The notes beneath the pieces were generated by a model. The model made no database searches. It saw only the letters and a program-made list of their open reading frames with translations, and was not told the origin of the DNA. From NCBI GenBank assembly GCA_902610815.1, contig CACLXG010000001.1, positions 76,775 through 140,774 on the forward strand: a DNA stretch of 64,000 bases, given 5' to 3'. Source of the DNA: an uncultured Candidatus Actinomarina sp. GTDB lineage: Bacteria > Actinomycetota > Acidimicrobiia > Actinomarinales > Actinomarinaceae. Position numbers and translations under genes: made by a program. Every line of letters starts with the position of its first letter. Position 1 is the first letter of the stretch. Shown one piece after another: positions 1 through 9,635 of the stretch.

Positions 1-24
1 TAATTAAACTATTAAAATGATTAT

Positions 25-159
25 ATGATACGTTTACCAGAACTTTTAATTATTTTGACAATATTGCTTTTACTTTTTGGTGCAAAAAGACTTCCTGGAT
101 TGGCTAAATCATTGGGAAGATCTACAAAAGAATTTAAATCTGCACTTGAAGAAGAGTAA
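25..159 (+). CDS. tatA: Sec-independent protein translocase subunit TatA/E (45 aa; hand-translated, below ORF-track length cut-off)
   Basis: ATG at 25, TAA at 157-159. Translation is MIRLPELLIILTILLLLFGAKRLPGLAKSLGRSTKEFKSALEEE: one TM helix, an FG-(x)K-LP hinge and an amphipathic helix, as in TatA. Confidence 0.8.
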   Translation: MIRLPELLIILTILLLLFGAKRLPGLAKSLGRSTKEFKSALEEE

Positions 160-454
160 TTTAAATAGAACCCTTTTAATAATTTTTGCAATGTTGTTTA
201 TTGCATGTTCATCAGATGTGGCTCAATCTTATACCACTGGTGAAGAAGTTTATGAAGCTAGATGTTCTTCTTGTCATGGTAGCGATTTTGAGGGTAGAGT
301 AGGTCCTGCTTTAGATGCGGCAAGTGAGTCCGCATCTATGCCAGATTCTTACTGGGTACAAACAATAACTAAAGGCAAAGGTTCAATGCCCGCTCAAAGG
401 CTAACTGACAATGAAGTAACAATGGTTATTGAGTATATTCGGTCTAATCACTAA
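146..454 (+). CDS. Monohaem c-type cytochrome, lipoprotein (CSSCHG haem-binding site)
   Basis: A TTG start at 146 gives the signal MKKSNLNRTLLIIFAMLFIAC with a lipobox Cys. The CxxCH motif is present. The ORF-track start at 77 overlaps tatA in another frame and is an artefact. An ATG at 191 is an alternative start. Confidence 0.6.
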   Translation: MKKSNLNRTLLIIFAMLFIACSSDVAQSYTTGEEVYEARCSSCHGSDFEGRVGPALDAASESASMPDSYWVQTITKGKGSMPAQRLTDNEVTMVIEYIRSNH

Positions 455-1925
455 TTCTTTTATTTACTTTGTTTAACTCTTTTAGAACCTCTAAAGGTTT
501 TATTAAATCATCTAAATCCTGAATTCTCCATTTCCAATTACCTTCTTGAGTTCCCGGTAAATTAAATCTTGCTTCATGATCAAGTTCTAATAAATCTTGA
601 ATTGTTGTGATTGCTAGCTGACATGGAGATTCCCAGACAAGTGTTATAAAATTCCATACGTCAGAGTCAAATTGTGATTCAATATCTTTTTTATAATCGT
701 AAAAAAATTCAAGTTGTACAGCATCAACTTCATTCAACCATTGCTTGACCGTAGGACTATCATGAGTGCCTGTATATGCTGCAATGTTATAATCCCAATT
801 TTTTGGATGTACTTCATCATGTATTTTATTATTAGGGATTCTTTGTTGTAATACTTTCATGCCTGGGATTACATATTGTTCTAAAATGCTCGCAGTCTCT
901 TCAAGAACTACACCTAAATCCTCAGCTAATAATTTATTGAAATCAACCTCTTGAGACACAGTATTGAAAAAAGTCTCCCAAGGACCTTTCCTCCAATGGC
1001 CATTTAGAGCTGATTCAGCAAATGGTATGGCCCAAAATTGGAAAAAACCAATAAAGTGATCAATTCTTAAGTAATCATAATTTTGTAAATTGTAATTTAA
1101 TTTATCAATCCAATATTTGTATCCCTCATCTTTGTGGTTGTCCCATTGGTACAAAGCTGTATTCCACACTTGACCTTCTACTGTGAAGTCATCTGGAACT
1201 GCACCTGATACAAAGCTCATATTATTAGCATCGTCTAGATCAAAAAGATGTTTGTTTAGCCATACATCTGCAGAGTTGTGGTTCACATATATTGGAATAT
1301 CGCCAAGTATTTTAACATTATTTGAATTTGCGTAAGATTTTAGATTTTGTAATTGCTTATCAAACTCAAATTGTAAAAATAAGTTTTTTGTAAAGATATT
1401 TTTATATTCATGAAAGACCATATCAAACAAATCCTCTGAATAATTTTGATAATCTTCTGACCACTCACTCCATGAATTTTCAAAAACTTCACTTAACGTT
1501 AAAAAGGTTAGGTGTCTTTTTTTTAAATCGTTTTCTAAAAATTTTTGATATTCATTGTCGCTATCACTTACCCTTTCAGAGATAAGGTTAAAAATTGTAT
1601 CTTTGTTTTTGTATACAGCTTTGTAATTTACTTCACTACTGATTGGTAGTTTTATTTTGTCCAATTCGTTATCGTTATAAATTTGGTTCTTTAAGTTATC
1701 TAACGAAACTATGTAGGGGTTACCCAAAATAGATGACTTACTAGAGTAAGGAGAAAATTCTATATTGTCTGTAATTCCTAAAGGAAGGACTTGCCATATT
1801 TTAGTTCCTGATTGGCTGAGAAGGTCAATAAATTCATAGCTCTCTTTACCTAAATCTCCAATACCGTATTTACTTGGTAAAGATGTAGGATGTAAAATTA
1901 ATCCACTACTTTTATTTATATCCAT
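444..1925 (-). CDS. malQ: 4-alpha-glucanotransferase (amylomaltase, GH77)
   Basis: 493 aa. The N-terminus LILHPTSLPSKYGIGDLG and the overall length and composition are typical of MalQ. Confidence 0.85.
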   Translation of the reverse strand: MDINKSSGLILHPTSLPSKYGIGDLGKESYEFIDLLSQSGTKIWQVLPLGITDNIEFSPYSSKSSILGNPYIVSLDNLKNQIYNDNELDKIKLPISSEVNYKAVYKNKDTIFNLISERVSDSDNEYQKFLENDLKKRHLTFLTLSEVFENSWSEWSEDYQNYSEDLFDMVFHEYKNIFTKNLFLQFEFDKQLQNLKSYANSNNVKILGDIPIYVNHNSADVWLNKHLFDLDDANNMSFVSGAVPDDFTVEGQVWNTALYQWDNHKDEGYKYWIDKLNYNLQNYDYLRIDHFIGFFQFWAIPFAESALNGHWRKGPWETFFNTVSQEVDFNKLLAEDLGVVLEETASILEQYVIPGMKVLQQRIPNNKIHDEVHPKNWDYNIAAYTGTHDSPTVKQWLNEVDAVQLEFFYDYKKDIESQFDSDVWNFITLVWESPCQLAITTIQDLLELDHEARFNLPGTQEGNWKWRIQDLDDLIKPLEVLKELNKVNKRISD

Positions 1926-1977
1926 ATGACTTTAAATATAGAGTATATAATGTCTATTTAATAGTAAATTAATTTTT

Positions 1978-3909
1978 ATGGTAGAAGAACATAGTCCAGA
2001 ATTTATAGATGCGGGTGAAAAGCAGAAGATCGATTTTTTCGATGGTGATGTTCATTTAGGTCATTACGATTTTAGATTTGATTTTAACGATAAAAAACAC
2101 TTTTCAATTTCGAGAGATGGCACTGGTCGAGTTAGAGTTCACTCTCAAAAAAATATTTCAAAACTTTGGATTCTATTGGAAGATGAAGATTTTAGACCAA
2201 TTGAACTTAGAAAATATGCCGAAACAGATAGGTTCATTTTTTGGGGCACTCAGGTACAGTTCAGATCATCAATAGCAAAATTTAGCTTCGCAGCTAGTAC
2301 TGATGAACAACTAAATCTTTACCTAGGCACAAGTGGTATAGCAAATTTCATATCACCTTCAGAAAAATGGATTTATGATTCTACTTCTTTCCAAAGACAT
2401 ACAATTCCCGACTGGGTATATGGAGGAGTAATGTACCAGATATTTCCCGATAGATTTGCAAATGGAGACAGTTCTATAAATCCAAAAAATACTGTTGAGT
2501 GGGGATCAATTCCTACAAGATTAGATTTTCAAGGTGGAGATTTATATGGGGTAATTCAAAAGCTTGACCACATCCAGTCTCTTGGAGTGAATATAATTTA
2601 TTTAAATCCAATCTTTTTATCATCTAGCACACATAAGTATGATGCATGGGATCATTTTAAAGTTGACCCAACCCTTGGGGGTGATGAGGCTTTAAAAGAA
2701 TTGATTGAATCTTGTCATGAAAGAAACATGAAAATAATCTTAGACTGTTCATTAAACCATGTTCACCCAAGACATTTTGCATTTCAAGATTTGGTTAAGA
2801 ATGGAGAAAAGTCAAAGTATAAGGATTGGTTTACAGTATTTGATTATCCTGTCAGGTTTATTCATAGACCACACTTATACTCAAATACTTACAAAGTAGG
2901 GTGGGATGGAAATCAAGAGGAGTATAAACAATATTTAGACAAAACGTTTGAAGAAACCATGGTACCAGTTGAAGTTAGGGAAGATGATGGCCCAATAGTT
3001 GAACCATCTTTTAAAGCTTGGTGGGGAGTTCCTGATATGCCTAAAGTAAATTTTGAATCTAGTGGAGCTAGAAAATGGGCTCTTGATGTCACAAAGCACT
3101 GGATTGAAAATTTTGATATTGATGGGTGGAGAATGGATGTCGCCAAAGAATTAGATTTCTCATTTTGGAAAGATTTTAGAGAAATCGCATATGAAACTAA
3201 AAAAGATGTACTGCTTATTTCTGAAATATTTGGAGATACTTCTCAGTGGCTTCAAGGAGATAGATTTGACGGTACCATGAATTACTCTTTTAGAGAAACT
3301 ATGACTGATTATTTTGCAACTAAAAGAATCAATAACAAAGAGTTTGCCGATTCGCTTGCTAATTTATATTCAATGTATTCTTTTGAAGCTCTTTCTTCAT
3401 GTCAGAATCTATTGAGTTCTCATGATGTAAAAAGATTTTTAAATCGATGTGGCAATAATCAGGATGGCATACTTGGCGCAATATTTTTACAAGCTACGTT
3501 TCCTGGCATAGCAGGTATTTATTATGGAGATGAAGTTGGGCTAGGGGGTGCTGATGATCCTTTCAATAGAGAACCATTTCCTTGGAGTAATGATGAATCG
3601 TGGAATGAAACAATTCTTGAATTTACAAAAACTATGATGAAAATCAAGAATGTTAATCCAATTTTAAAATACGGAAGATTTGAATTATTAGATTATAAAG
3701 AAGATGTTGTAATTTTTAGAAGAGTTTTACAGGACGAGTCATTTATTTGTATTGTTAATCGTGATAGATCTACTAATAACATCAGTATCTCTTCCAATGC
3801 ACATAGCATTGACGTTATTTATGGAGACTGTGAAGCAAATTTGGAAGATGGTCTTATCAAAGTCACTAAAATTTCAGGAGATATAGGCATAATTCTTCAC
3901 GAAAAATAG
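1978..3909 (+). CDS. GH13 alpha-amylase-family glycosidase (maltodextrin glucosidase / neopullulanase-like)
   Basis: 643 aa. GH13 region II motif GWRMDVAKEL, plus an N-terminal extra domain and a C-terminal beta domain. Confidence 0.75.
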   Translation: MVEEHSPEFIDAGEKQKIDFFDGDVHLGHYDFRFDFNDKKHFSISRDGTGRVRVHSQKNISKLWILLEDEDFRPIELRKYAETDRFIFWGTQVQFRSSIAKFSFAASTDEQLNLYLGTSGIANFISPSEKWIYDSTSFQRHTIPDWVYGGVMYQIFPDRFANGDSSINPKNTVEWGSIPTRLDFQGGDLYGVIQKLDHIQSLGVNIIYLNPIFLSSSTHKYDAWDHFKVDPTLGGDEALKELIESCHERNMKIILDCSLNHVHPRHFAFQDLVKNGEKSKYKDWFTVFDYPVRFIHRPHLYSNTYKVGWDGNQEEYKQYLDKTFEETMVPVEVREDDGPIVEPSFKAWWGVPDMPKVNFESSGARKWALDVTKHWIENFDIDGWRMDVAKELDFSFWKDFREIAYETKKDVLLISEIFGDTSQWLQGDRFDGTMNYSFRETMTDYFATKRINNKEFADSLANLYSMYSFEALSSCQNLLSSHDVKRFLNRCGNNQDGILGAIFLQATFPGIAGIYYGDEVGLGGADDPFNREPFPWSNDESWNETILEFTKTMMKIKNVNPILKYGRFELLDYKEDVVIFRRVLQDESFICIVNRDRSTNNISISSNAHSIDVIYGDCEANLEDGLIKVTKISGDIGIILHEK

Positions 3910-4037
3910 ATATTGTGCACTTGTGTAAAGTTTTTTTAATTTAACTAGAAAAAATTCTATTTACACAATAAAGTTGTCATTGACATTCTTAAGGGAGTAT
4001 AAAAGAGTGGATATACGTATATACGAAAGGGAAGTAT

Positions 4038-5342
4038 ATGAAAACAAATAAATTACGATTTATCGTATTTTTATTGATGTTCTCTATGGTTGCTGTAGCT
4101 TGTGGAGGTGACGCTGCTGAAGAAACTTCAGAAGCACCAGAAACAACTGAAGCGCCACAGGAAACTCTTGCAGCCCCAGCTACAACTGCTCCGCCACCGG
4201 AGAAGTTGGTAATTTGGGCTGAAGAAAAAATTGCTGTTGCATTAGATCCATTAGTGGGTGCTTATGAAAGTGCAGCAGGAGTTGATATTGAAGTCGTAAT
4301 ATATGATTTTGGTGCAATTAAAAATGACGTACTTACTGCTGGACCAGCAGGTGAGGGACCAGACTTGTTCGTTGGACCGCATGACATGGTTGGCGAAGTA
4401 GTAGCAAATGGTGTTGTCGCACCAATCGATTTAGGATCAATTTCAGATGATATATTTGATGTTGGTATTGCTGGCTTTAGTTATGGAGGAGATGTTTATG
4501 GATTTCCATATGCAACTGAAGCTATCGCAATGTATTACAATGCAGACTTAATTGGTGGGGTTCCATCAACTTGGGAAGATGTAAAAGCAGCTTGTGATGA
4601 AGCTGGCACAGAGTTATGTGTTGGTGCTCCAGGCGGTGGTGGAGGCGGAGACGCTTATCATAACCACCCATTCTTTGCTTCTGATGGTGGATATATATTT
4701 AAGTTTGATGGTGGTTTCGACCCATCTGATGTAGGACTTGACAATGCATCTGCATTAGCATCTGCAGAATATCTTGACTCCTTAGTCAAAAATGGAACAG
4801 TAGCCTCTACAGATTATGGTGCATCTATGACAGCCTTCCAAGAAGGCCGTTCATTATTTTGGATGACTGGACCATGGGCACGAAATGATGCTGCTGCTGT
4901 CAATTATGGTGTTGGTTTAATACCAACATTTAATGGCAATCCTGCAACTCCATTCGTTGGTGTAAGAGGAATGTTTGTTTCAGCATTCAGTGAGAAGAAA
5001 GTTTTAGCTCAAAGCTTTATTTTAGATTTCTTCGCAACTGTTGAGGTACAAGCAGCCATGTATGCAGAAGACCCAAGGCTTCCAGCTACAAAATCTTTGT
5101 TTGCTGTAGTAGAAGCTGAAGATCCAATTGCAGCTGCATTTGCAGATAGTGCGTCAAACGGTATTCCTATGCCAAATATACCTGAAATGGGTAATGTATG
5201 GGGTCCTGTTGGCGATGCAATGTTAATAATTAGAGATCAAAACTATGGAACTAATGAAGATACAGGAGTAACTGTAAATTCAGCTTCTGACGCTATGAAA
5301 TTAGCTGCTCAGCAAGTAAGAGATGCCATAGCTGGTGGCTAA
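4038..5342 (+). CDS. malE: Maltose/maltodextrin ABC transporter substrate-binding lipoprotein
   Basis: Lipoprotein signal MKTNKLRFIVFLLMFSMVAVACGG, an acidic/Pro/Thr-rich linker, then a family-1 SBP fold. RBS aaagggaag precedes the ATG. Confidence 0.85.
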   Translation: MKTNKLRFIVFLLMFSMVAVACGGDAAEETSEAPETTEAPQETLAAPATTAPPPEKLVIWAEEKIAVALDPLVGAYESAAGVDIEVVIYDFGAIKNDVLTAGPAGEGPDLFVGPHDMVGEVVANGVVAPIDLGSISDDIFDVGIAGFSYGGDVYGFPYATEAIAMYYNADLIGGVPSTWEDVKAACDEAGTELCVGAPGGGGGGDAYHNHPFFASDGGYIFKFDGGFDPSDVGLDNASALASAEYLDSLVKNGTVASTDYGASMTAFQEGRSLFWMTGPWARNDAAAVNYGVGLIPTFNGNPATPFVGVRGMFVSAFSEKKVLAQSFILDFFATVEVQAAMYAEDPRLPATKSLFAVVEAEDPIAAAFADSASNGIPMPNIPEMGNVWGPVGDAMLIIRDQNYGTNEDTGVTVNSASDAMKLAAQQVRDAIAGG

Positions 5343-5361
5343 ATATTCACATATAATTTAA

Positions 5362-5394
5362 AAATCGGGGCTCTTAATGAGCCCCGATTTTTTA
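5362..5394 (+). terminator. Rho-independent terminator/attenuator between malE and malF
   Basis: Perfect 12-bp stem aaatcggggctc / gagccccgattt with loop ttaat, followed by a T run (5388-5393). Confidence 0.75.
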
Positions 5395-5410
5395 TATGAT
5401 ATATTAAGTT

Positions 5411-7003
5411 ATGCAGTATTCGACTATATTTCGATATCTATTTTTAGGAATATTTAATGGTTTTGTAGTTTATTTAGTGCCATTAACTATTGCATTTGAA
5501 TCATGGTTTCTACTAATAATTACAACAATCATTACACTTCTTGTAAATTTTACATATGCGACAAATAGATTAAAACCACTTAAATGGATAACACCAGGAA
5601 TGATATTTCTTCTATCATTTGTAGTTTTCCCTGCGGCTTATAGTTTTTATGTTTCCTTTACAAATTGGTCAACAGGACATATTTTAACTAAACAACAAGC
5701 AATTGAGAGGCTAGAAGACCTGACATACACAAAAGACGATCAAAGAGGTATTGAATTTGATTTATATGTTTTACAAGATCAAAATTTGGAATATTATTTT
5801 CTTGCAGATCTTGATAATGAAAATTTATTATTCGGTAAAGCTGTTGAAGAAAATGAATTTAATGAAATTAACTTTGCTAATCATGAACCATCATTTAAAA
5901 ATCCTAATGGTGAAATTTTAATTCCAGATAATTTATATCTTTTATCTGGGAAAGAACAAATAGCTAATTCTTCTCAACTTCAAGAACTGTCACTCTTAGT
6001 AGATAAGAATACACGAATACAACTTTATAACATTTCAGTATTTGGAGCATCTAGTGGAAGGCTTTTATCAGCTCAACAAAAGTATTCATATAGTGCCGAA
6101 ACTGACACACTATATGACAATGTTAATGATTTAGCATGTACATTAGGAAATAGGGGAAATTTCATATGCAATGGTCAAACAATCGACCCAGGTTGGAGAA
6201 TTAATGTTGGTACTGAGAATTATCAGCGCATAGTAGATGATGAAAGATTTAGGGGGCCTCTGAGAATAGTAACTTTATGGACTTTTCAATTTGCTTTTTT
6301 TGCAGTTTTTTTAACTTTTTTTGTTGGCTTACTTTTAAGCGTCTCATTAAACAAAGATAATCTTAAATTTCAAAAAATTTATAGATCCATTTACATACTT
6401 CCATATGCTATTCCAGGTTTTATTTCAATTTTAGTTTTTAAAGGTCTATTTAATCCTGATTTTGGATTAGTCAATGATTGGTTTAGTCCTTTATATGAAT
6501 TACTTAATATTGAGCCTATAAATTGGTTTAGAACCAAAGAAAGTTCTAGGGCAGCAGTTTTGCTTGTGAATACTTGGCTTGGTTTTCCATATATGTTTCT
6601 TATTACTACAGGTGCACTTCAGTCAATACCAAAAGAACTACTTGAAGCTGCGAAAGTAGATGGTGCAACATCAAGGCAATCATTTTGGAAAATAACTTTC
6701 CCATTACTACTAGTCGCCATTTCACCATTACTTATTGGTGCATTTGCATACAATTTCAATAATTTTACGTTGATATTTTTGTTAACAAGTGGAGGCCCGC
6801 CTATAGTTGGGGCTGATGTTGCAGTTGGGTATACAGATATTTTAATTTCATTTACATATGACTTAGCTATTGCTGGTGGAAGAGGTTACCAATTTGGACT
6901 TGCAGCCAGTGTTACAACTATTATTTTTCTTATTGTTTTGCTTATTTCAGCAATATCATTTAGATACTCTAAAAGATTGGAGCGAGTTTATGGCAATTTA
7001 TAA
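5411..7003 (+). CDS. malF: Maltose ABC transporter permease with a long periplasmic loop
   Basis: 530 aa, multiple TM helices, an EAA-like region (ELLEAAKVDGATSRQ) and the large extracytoplasmic insertion typical of MalF. Confidence 0.85.
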   Translation: MQYSTIFRYLFLGIFNGFVVYLVPLTIAFESWFLLIITTIITLLVNFTYATNRLKPLKWITPGMIFLLSFVVFPAAYSFYVSFTNWSTGHILTKQQAIERLEDLTYTKDDQRGIEFDLYVLQDQNLEYYFLADLDNENLLFGKAVEENEFNEINFANHEPSFKNPNGEILIPDNLYLLSGKEQIANSSQLQELSLLVDKNTRIQLYNISVFGASSGRLLSAQQKYSYSAETDTLYDNVNDLACTLGNRGNFICNGQTIDPGWRINVGTENYQRIVDDERFRGPLRIVTLWTFQFAFFAVFLTFFVGLLLSVSLNKDNLKFQKIYRSIYILPYAIPGFISILVFKGLFNPDFGLVNDWFSPLYELLNIEPINWFRTKESSRAAVLLVNTWLGFPYMFLITTGALQSIPKELLEAAKVDGATSRQSFWKITFPLLLVAISPLLIGAFAYNFNNFTLIFLLTSGGPPIVGADVAVGYTDILISFTYDLAIAGGRGYQFGLAASVTTIIFLIVLLISAISFRYSKRLERVYGNL

Positions 7004-7856
7004 GTTTACAAATTGGTTTAGAGAGTTTGGTTGGAGACATTTAGTTGGTTTGTTATTTGTAACAATATCTTTATATCCAATTTTATACGTATTCACTAAT
7101 TCATTTGCTGACTTTGCTAACTTACAAAACTCTAAACTTATTCCAGATACATTTACCACTAAACATTATCAAAGCCTTACTGGTGATCCACTAATTCCAT
7201 ACTTTAAATGGCTTTTTAATACTTATAAAATTGCTGGTATAGCAGGATTTTTAAATGTTCTTTTAGGGACATTTGCTGCTTATGCTTTTGCTCGATTAAA
7301 ATTTAAGGGCAGAAGAGTTGGATTAATTACTTTGGTTTTAGTCCAAATGTTTCCATCCTTTCTCGCATTCGTAGCTATTTATTTACTATTTTTCCAGATT
7401 GGAGATGTTGCTCCATTAATAGGCCTAGGTACTCATATTGGTTTAATAATGGTTTACTTAGGTGGCTCTATTGGTTTTAATTCATGGTTAATTAAAGGCT
7501 TTATGGACACTATTCCAACATCTTTGGATGAAGCTGCAAAAGTTGATGGAGCTACTGACTTTCAAATTTTTTATAAAATTGTAGCTCCCTTATCAAGACC
7601 AATAATCGTAGTACTTTTTGTTATTACGTTTATAGGCATTTACTCAGACTATATACTTGCAGCAATATTTCTGAAAGATGCAAATCTCTATACAGTTGCA
7701 CTTGGAATCAATATAGTATTTATGGATGACTTTGCTAATGAATGGGGAAGTATTGCCGCCGCTTCAGTGATTGCGGCAACACCAATAGCTGTATTATTCA
7801 TATTCTTCCAAAAACAGATTACAGGGGGATTAACTGCAGGGTCAATCAAAGGATGA
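6990..7856 (+). CDS. malG: Maltose ABC transporter permease
   Basis: ATG at 6990 (MAIYKFTNWF...) overlaps the malF stop by 14 nt. EAA motif LDEAAKVDGATDFQ. The ORF-track start at 6870 is an upstream in-frame extension. Confidence 0.85.
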   Translation: MAIYKFTNWFREFGWRHLVGLLFVTISLYPILYVFTNSFADFANLQNSKLIPDTFTTKHYQSLTGDPLIPYFKWLFNTYKIAGIAGFLNVLLGTFAAYAFARLKFKGRRVGLITLVLVQMFPSFLAFVAIYLLFFQIGDVAPLIGLGTHIGLIMVYLGGSIGFNSWLIKGFMDTIPTSLDEAAKVDGATDFQIFYKIVAPLSRPIIVVLFVITFIGIYSDYILAAIFLKDANLYTVALGINIVFMDDFANEWGSIAAASVIAATPIAVLFIFFQKQITGGLTAGSIKG

Positions 7857-8521
7857 CAAAAAAAGCCCTTTTTTTGGCAGGTGGTTGGGAAGGTCACGAA
7901 CCCCAGGAAACTTCAAAGTTTATTTCAAATGAAATAGAAAAATATGATATTGAAAGTGAAATTATTAATGATTTAGATATTTTAGGTGAGAAGAATAAAT
8001 TAGAAAAATACGACATCATTTTACCAGTGTGGACAATGGGAATAGTTGATGACGGAAATTGGGATTTAAAAAACTCAAAGATTGGCAATTTACAAGAAGT
8101 AATTTATTCAGGAGTTGGATTAGCAGGTTGGCATGGTGGAATGGGAGATGCTTTTAGAGATAATACAAATTATCAATTTCTTGTTGGTAGTCAATTTGTC
8201 TGTCATCCAGGAGATTTTGTTGACTATTCAGTAATAATCAAAGATAGTAAACATAAAATTACTAGAGGATTAGAAAATTTTAAAGTTCATTCAGAACAAT
8301 ATTTTTTACATTATGATCCTTCTGTCGAAATAGTTGCATCAACAAAATTTGATAATAAACATCACGAATGGATTGATGGAGTTGAAATGCCTATTGCATA
8401 TACAAAAAAATGGGGAAACGGCAGAATTTTCTATTGTTCAATTGGTCATTATTTAAAAGATTTTGAAAATTTAAATGTTGTAAAGTTGATATCTCAAGGC
8501 ATTAATTGGGCTGTTAGGTAA
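7853..8521 (+). CDS. thuA: ThuA-family glutamine-amidotransferase-like protein (3-keto-disaccharide pathway)
   Basis: ATG at 7853 overlaps the malG TGA (ATGA). MTKKALFLAGGWEGHEP...AGWHGGMGDAF...VCHPG matches the ThuA (PF06283) pattern. Confidence 0.75.
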   Translation: MTKKALFLAGGWEGHEPQETSKFISNEIEKYDIESEIINDLDILGEKNKLEKYDIILPVWTMGIVDDGNWDLKNSKIGNLQEVIYSGVGLAGWHGGMGDAFRDNTNYQFLVGSQFVCHPGDFVDYSVIIKDSKHKITRGLENFKVHSEQYFLHYDPSVEIVASTKFDNKHHEWIDGVEMPIAYTKKWGNGRIFYCSIGHYLKDFENLNVVKLISQGINWAVR

Positions 8522-8523
8522 AC

Positions 8524-9570
8524 GTGAATATTGGAATAATTGGATGTGGTGCGATTTCAGGCCAATATATGATTGGATTCAGTAAATGCAAAGAAAATTT
8601 AAATGTTTTAGCTTGTGCTGATCAGGACTATGAAAAATCTAATTCTTTTGCAAAAGAACATAAAATCCTGAGCCTTTCGGTTGAAGATTTATTATTACAT
8701 AGCGAAATTGATATTGTTGTAAACTTAACACCTCCTTCCTCACATTTTGACATTTCCTATAAATCACTAAGAAATGGAAAGCATGTGTTTTCTGAAAAAC
8801 CAGTAGCTCTTTCAACAGATCAAGGTAAAAAATTATTAAATCAAATGAAATTAAATAATCTTTACTTGTATTCCGCACCCGATACTTTTCTAGGGCCAGC
8901 TTTTATAAAAGCAAAGGATCTAGTGTTTTCTGAAAAAATAGGAGAAATTATTGGTGGGTCAGTAAGCTTTGCAACACACGGTGTAGAAGGATGGCATCCA
9001 AATCCTGAATTTTATTATAAAAAAGGAGGAGGACCGTTGTATGATATGGGTCCTTATTACTTAACAGCACTTATAAAAATTCTTGGGCCGGTTGTTGAAG
9101 TTATTTCTTTTTCACAAAAAACTTTTGGTAATAGACAAGTTGATAATCCAAATATTAAATATAACAATATTGAAGTTGATGTAGATACACACTATATTGC
9201 GCTTTTGAAATTTCAATCTGGAGTTGTTGTCGATTTTCAAATTAGTTTTGATATATGGAAACCTTATGACCCTAAGTTGGAATTCTATGGCAAGATTTCA
9301 TCTATTAAATTTGCTGATCCAAATAATTATGATGGGGAAATTTCAATATTTAATAAAGAAAAATATGAGTGGGAGAATGTTTATTCTCCACCGAATAAAG
9401 ATAATAATTATTACAGAGGACTAGGGGTTATCCAAATGATAAAAGATATATCTGAAAATAATGTAAATAAAAATGATTTACTCATCCCGTTTCACGTTCT
9501 TGAAGTAATGAATGCAATAGATTCATATGATCAAGAAGGTAAATGGTCTATTTTAGAGCAACAATTTTGA
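8524..9570 (+). CDS. thuB: Gfo/Idh/MocA-family NAD(P) oxidoreductase (ThuB-like)
   Basis: GTG start. Rossmann N-terminus NIGIIGCGAISGQY. Adjacent to thuA, as in thuAB operons. Confidence 0.7.
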   Translation: MNIGIIGCGAISGQYMIGFSKCKENLNVLACADQDYEKSNSFAKEHKILSLSVEDLLLHSEIDIVVNLTPPSSHFDISYKSLRNGKHVFSEKPVALSTDQGKKLLNQMKLNNLYLYSAPDTFLGPAFIKAKDLVFSEKIGEIIGGSVSFATHGVEGWHPNPEFYYKKGGGPLYDMGPYYLTALIKILGPVVEVISFSQKTFGNRQVDNPNIKYNNIEVDVDTHYIALLKFQSGVVVDFQISFDIWKPYDPKLEFYGKISSIKFADPNNYDGEISIFNKEKYEWENVYSPPNKDNNYYRGLGVIQMIKDISENNVNKNDLLIPFHVLEVMNAIDSYDQEGKWSILEQQF

Positions 9571-9635
9571 TATAAAATTAGAGAAATTTTACATATTTCA
9601 TTAAAATCTTAATTATTACTTTATAGGAGGAAATA

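Noticed and set aside
77-454. ORF-track call of a 125-aa protein starting at 77
   Set aside because: Its first 23 codons overlap tatA (25-159) in another frame. The real cytochrome c most likely starts at TTG 146 (good lipoprotein signal) or ATG 191.
2078-3146. Short ORFs nested in or antisense to well-supported genes (for example 2078-2275, 2913-3146, 7688-7897, 7894-8088, 8639-8878, 10260-10445, 13128-13355, 36019-36285, 47505-47768, 53575-54009, 54599-54979)
   Set aside because: They lie wholly inside longer ORFs with clear homology on the same or opposite strand, have no RBS, and have composition typical of chance ORFs in an AT-rich genome.
4621-4660. Gly run (GAPGGGGGGDAYHNH) in MalE
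   Set aside because: It is a short flexible linker inside the binding protein, with no repeat-unit structure at the DNA level.
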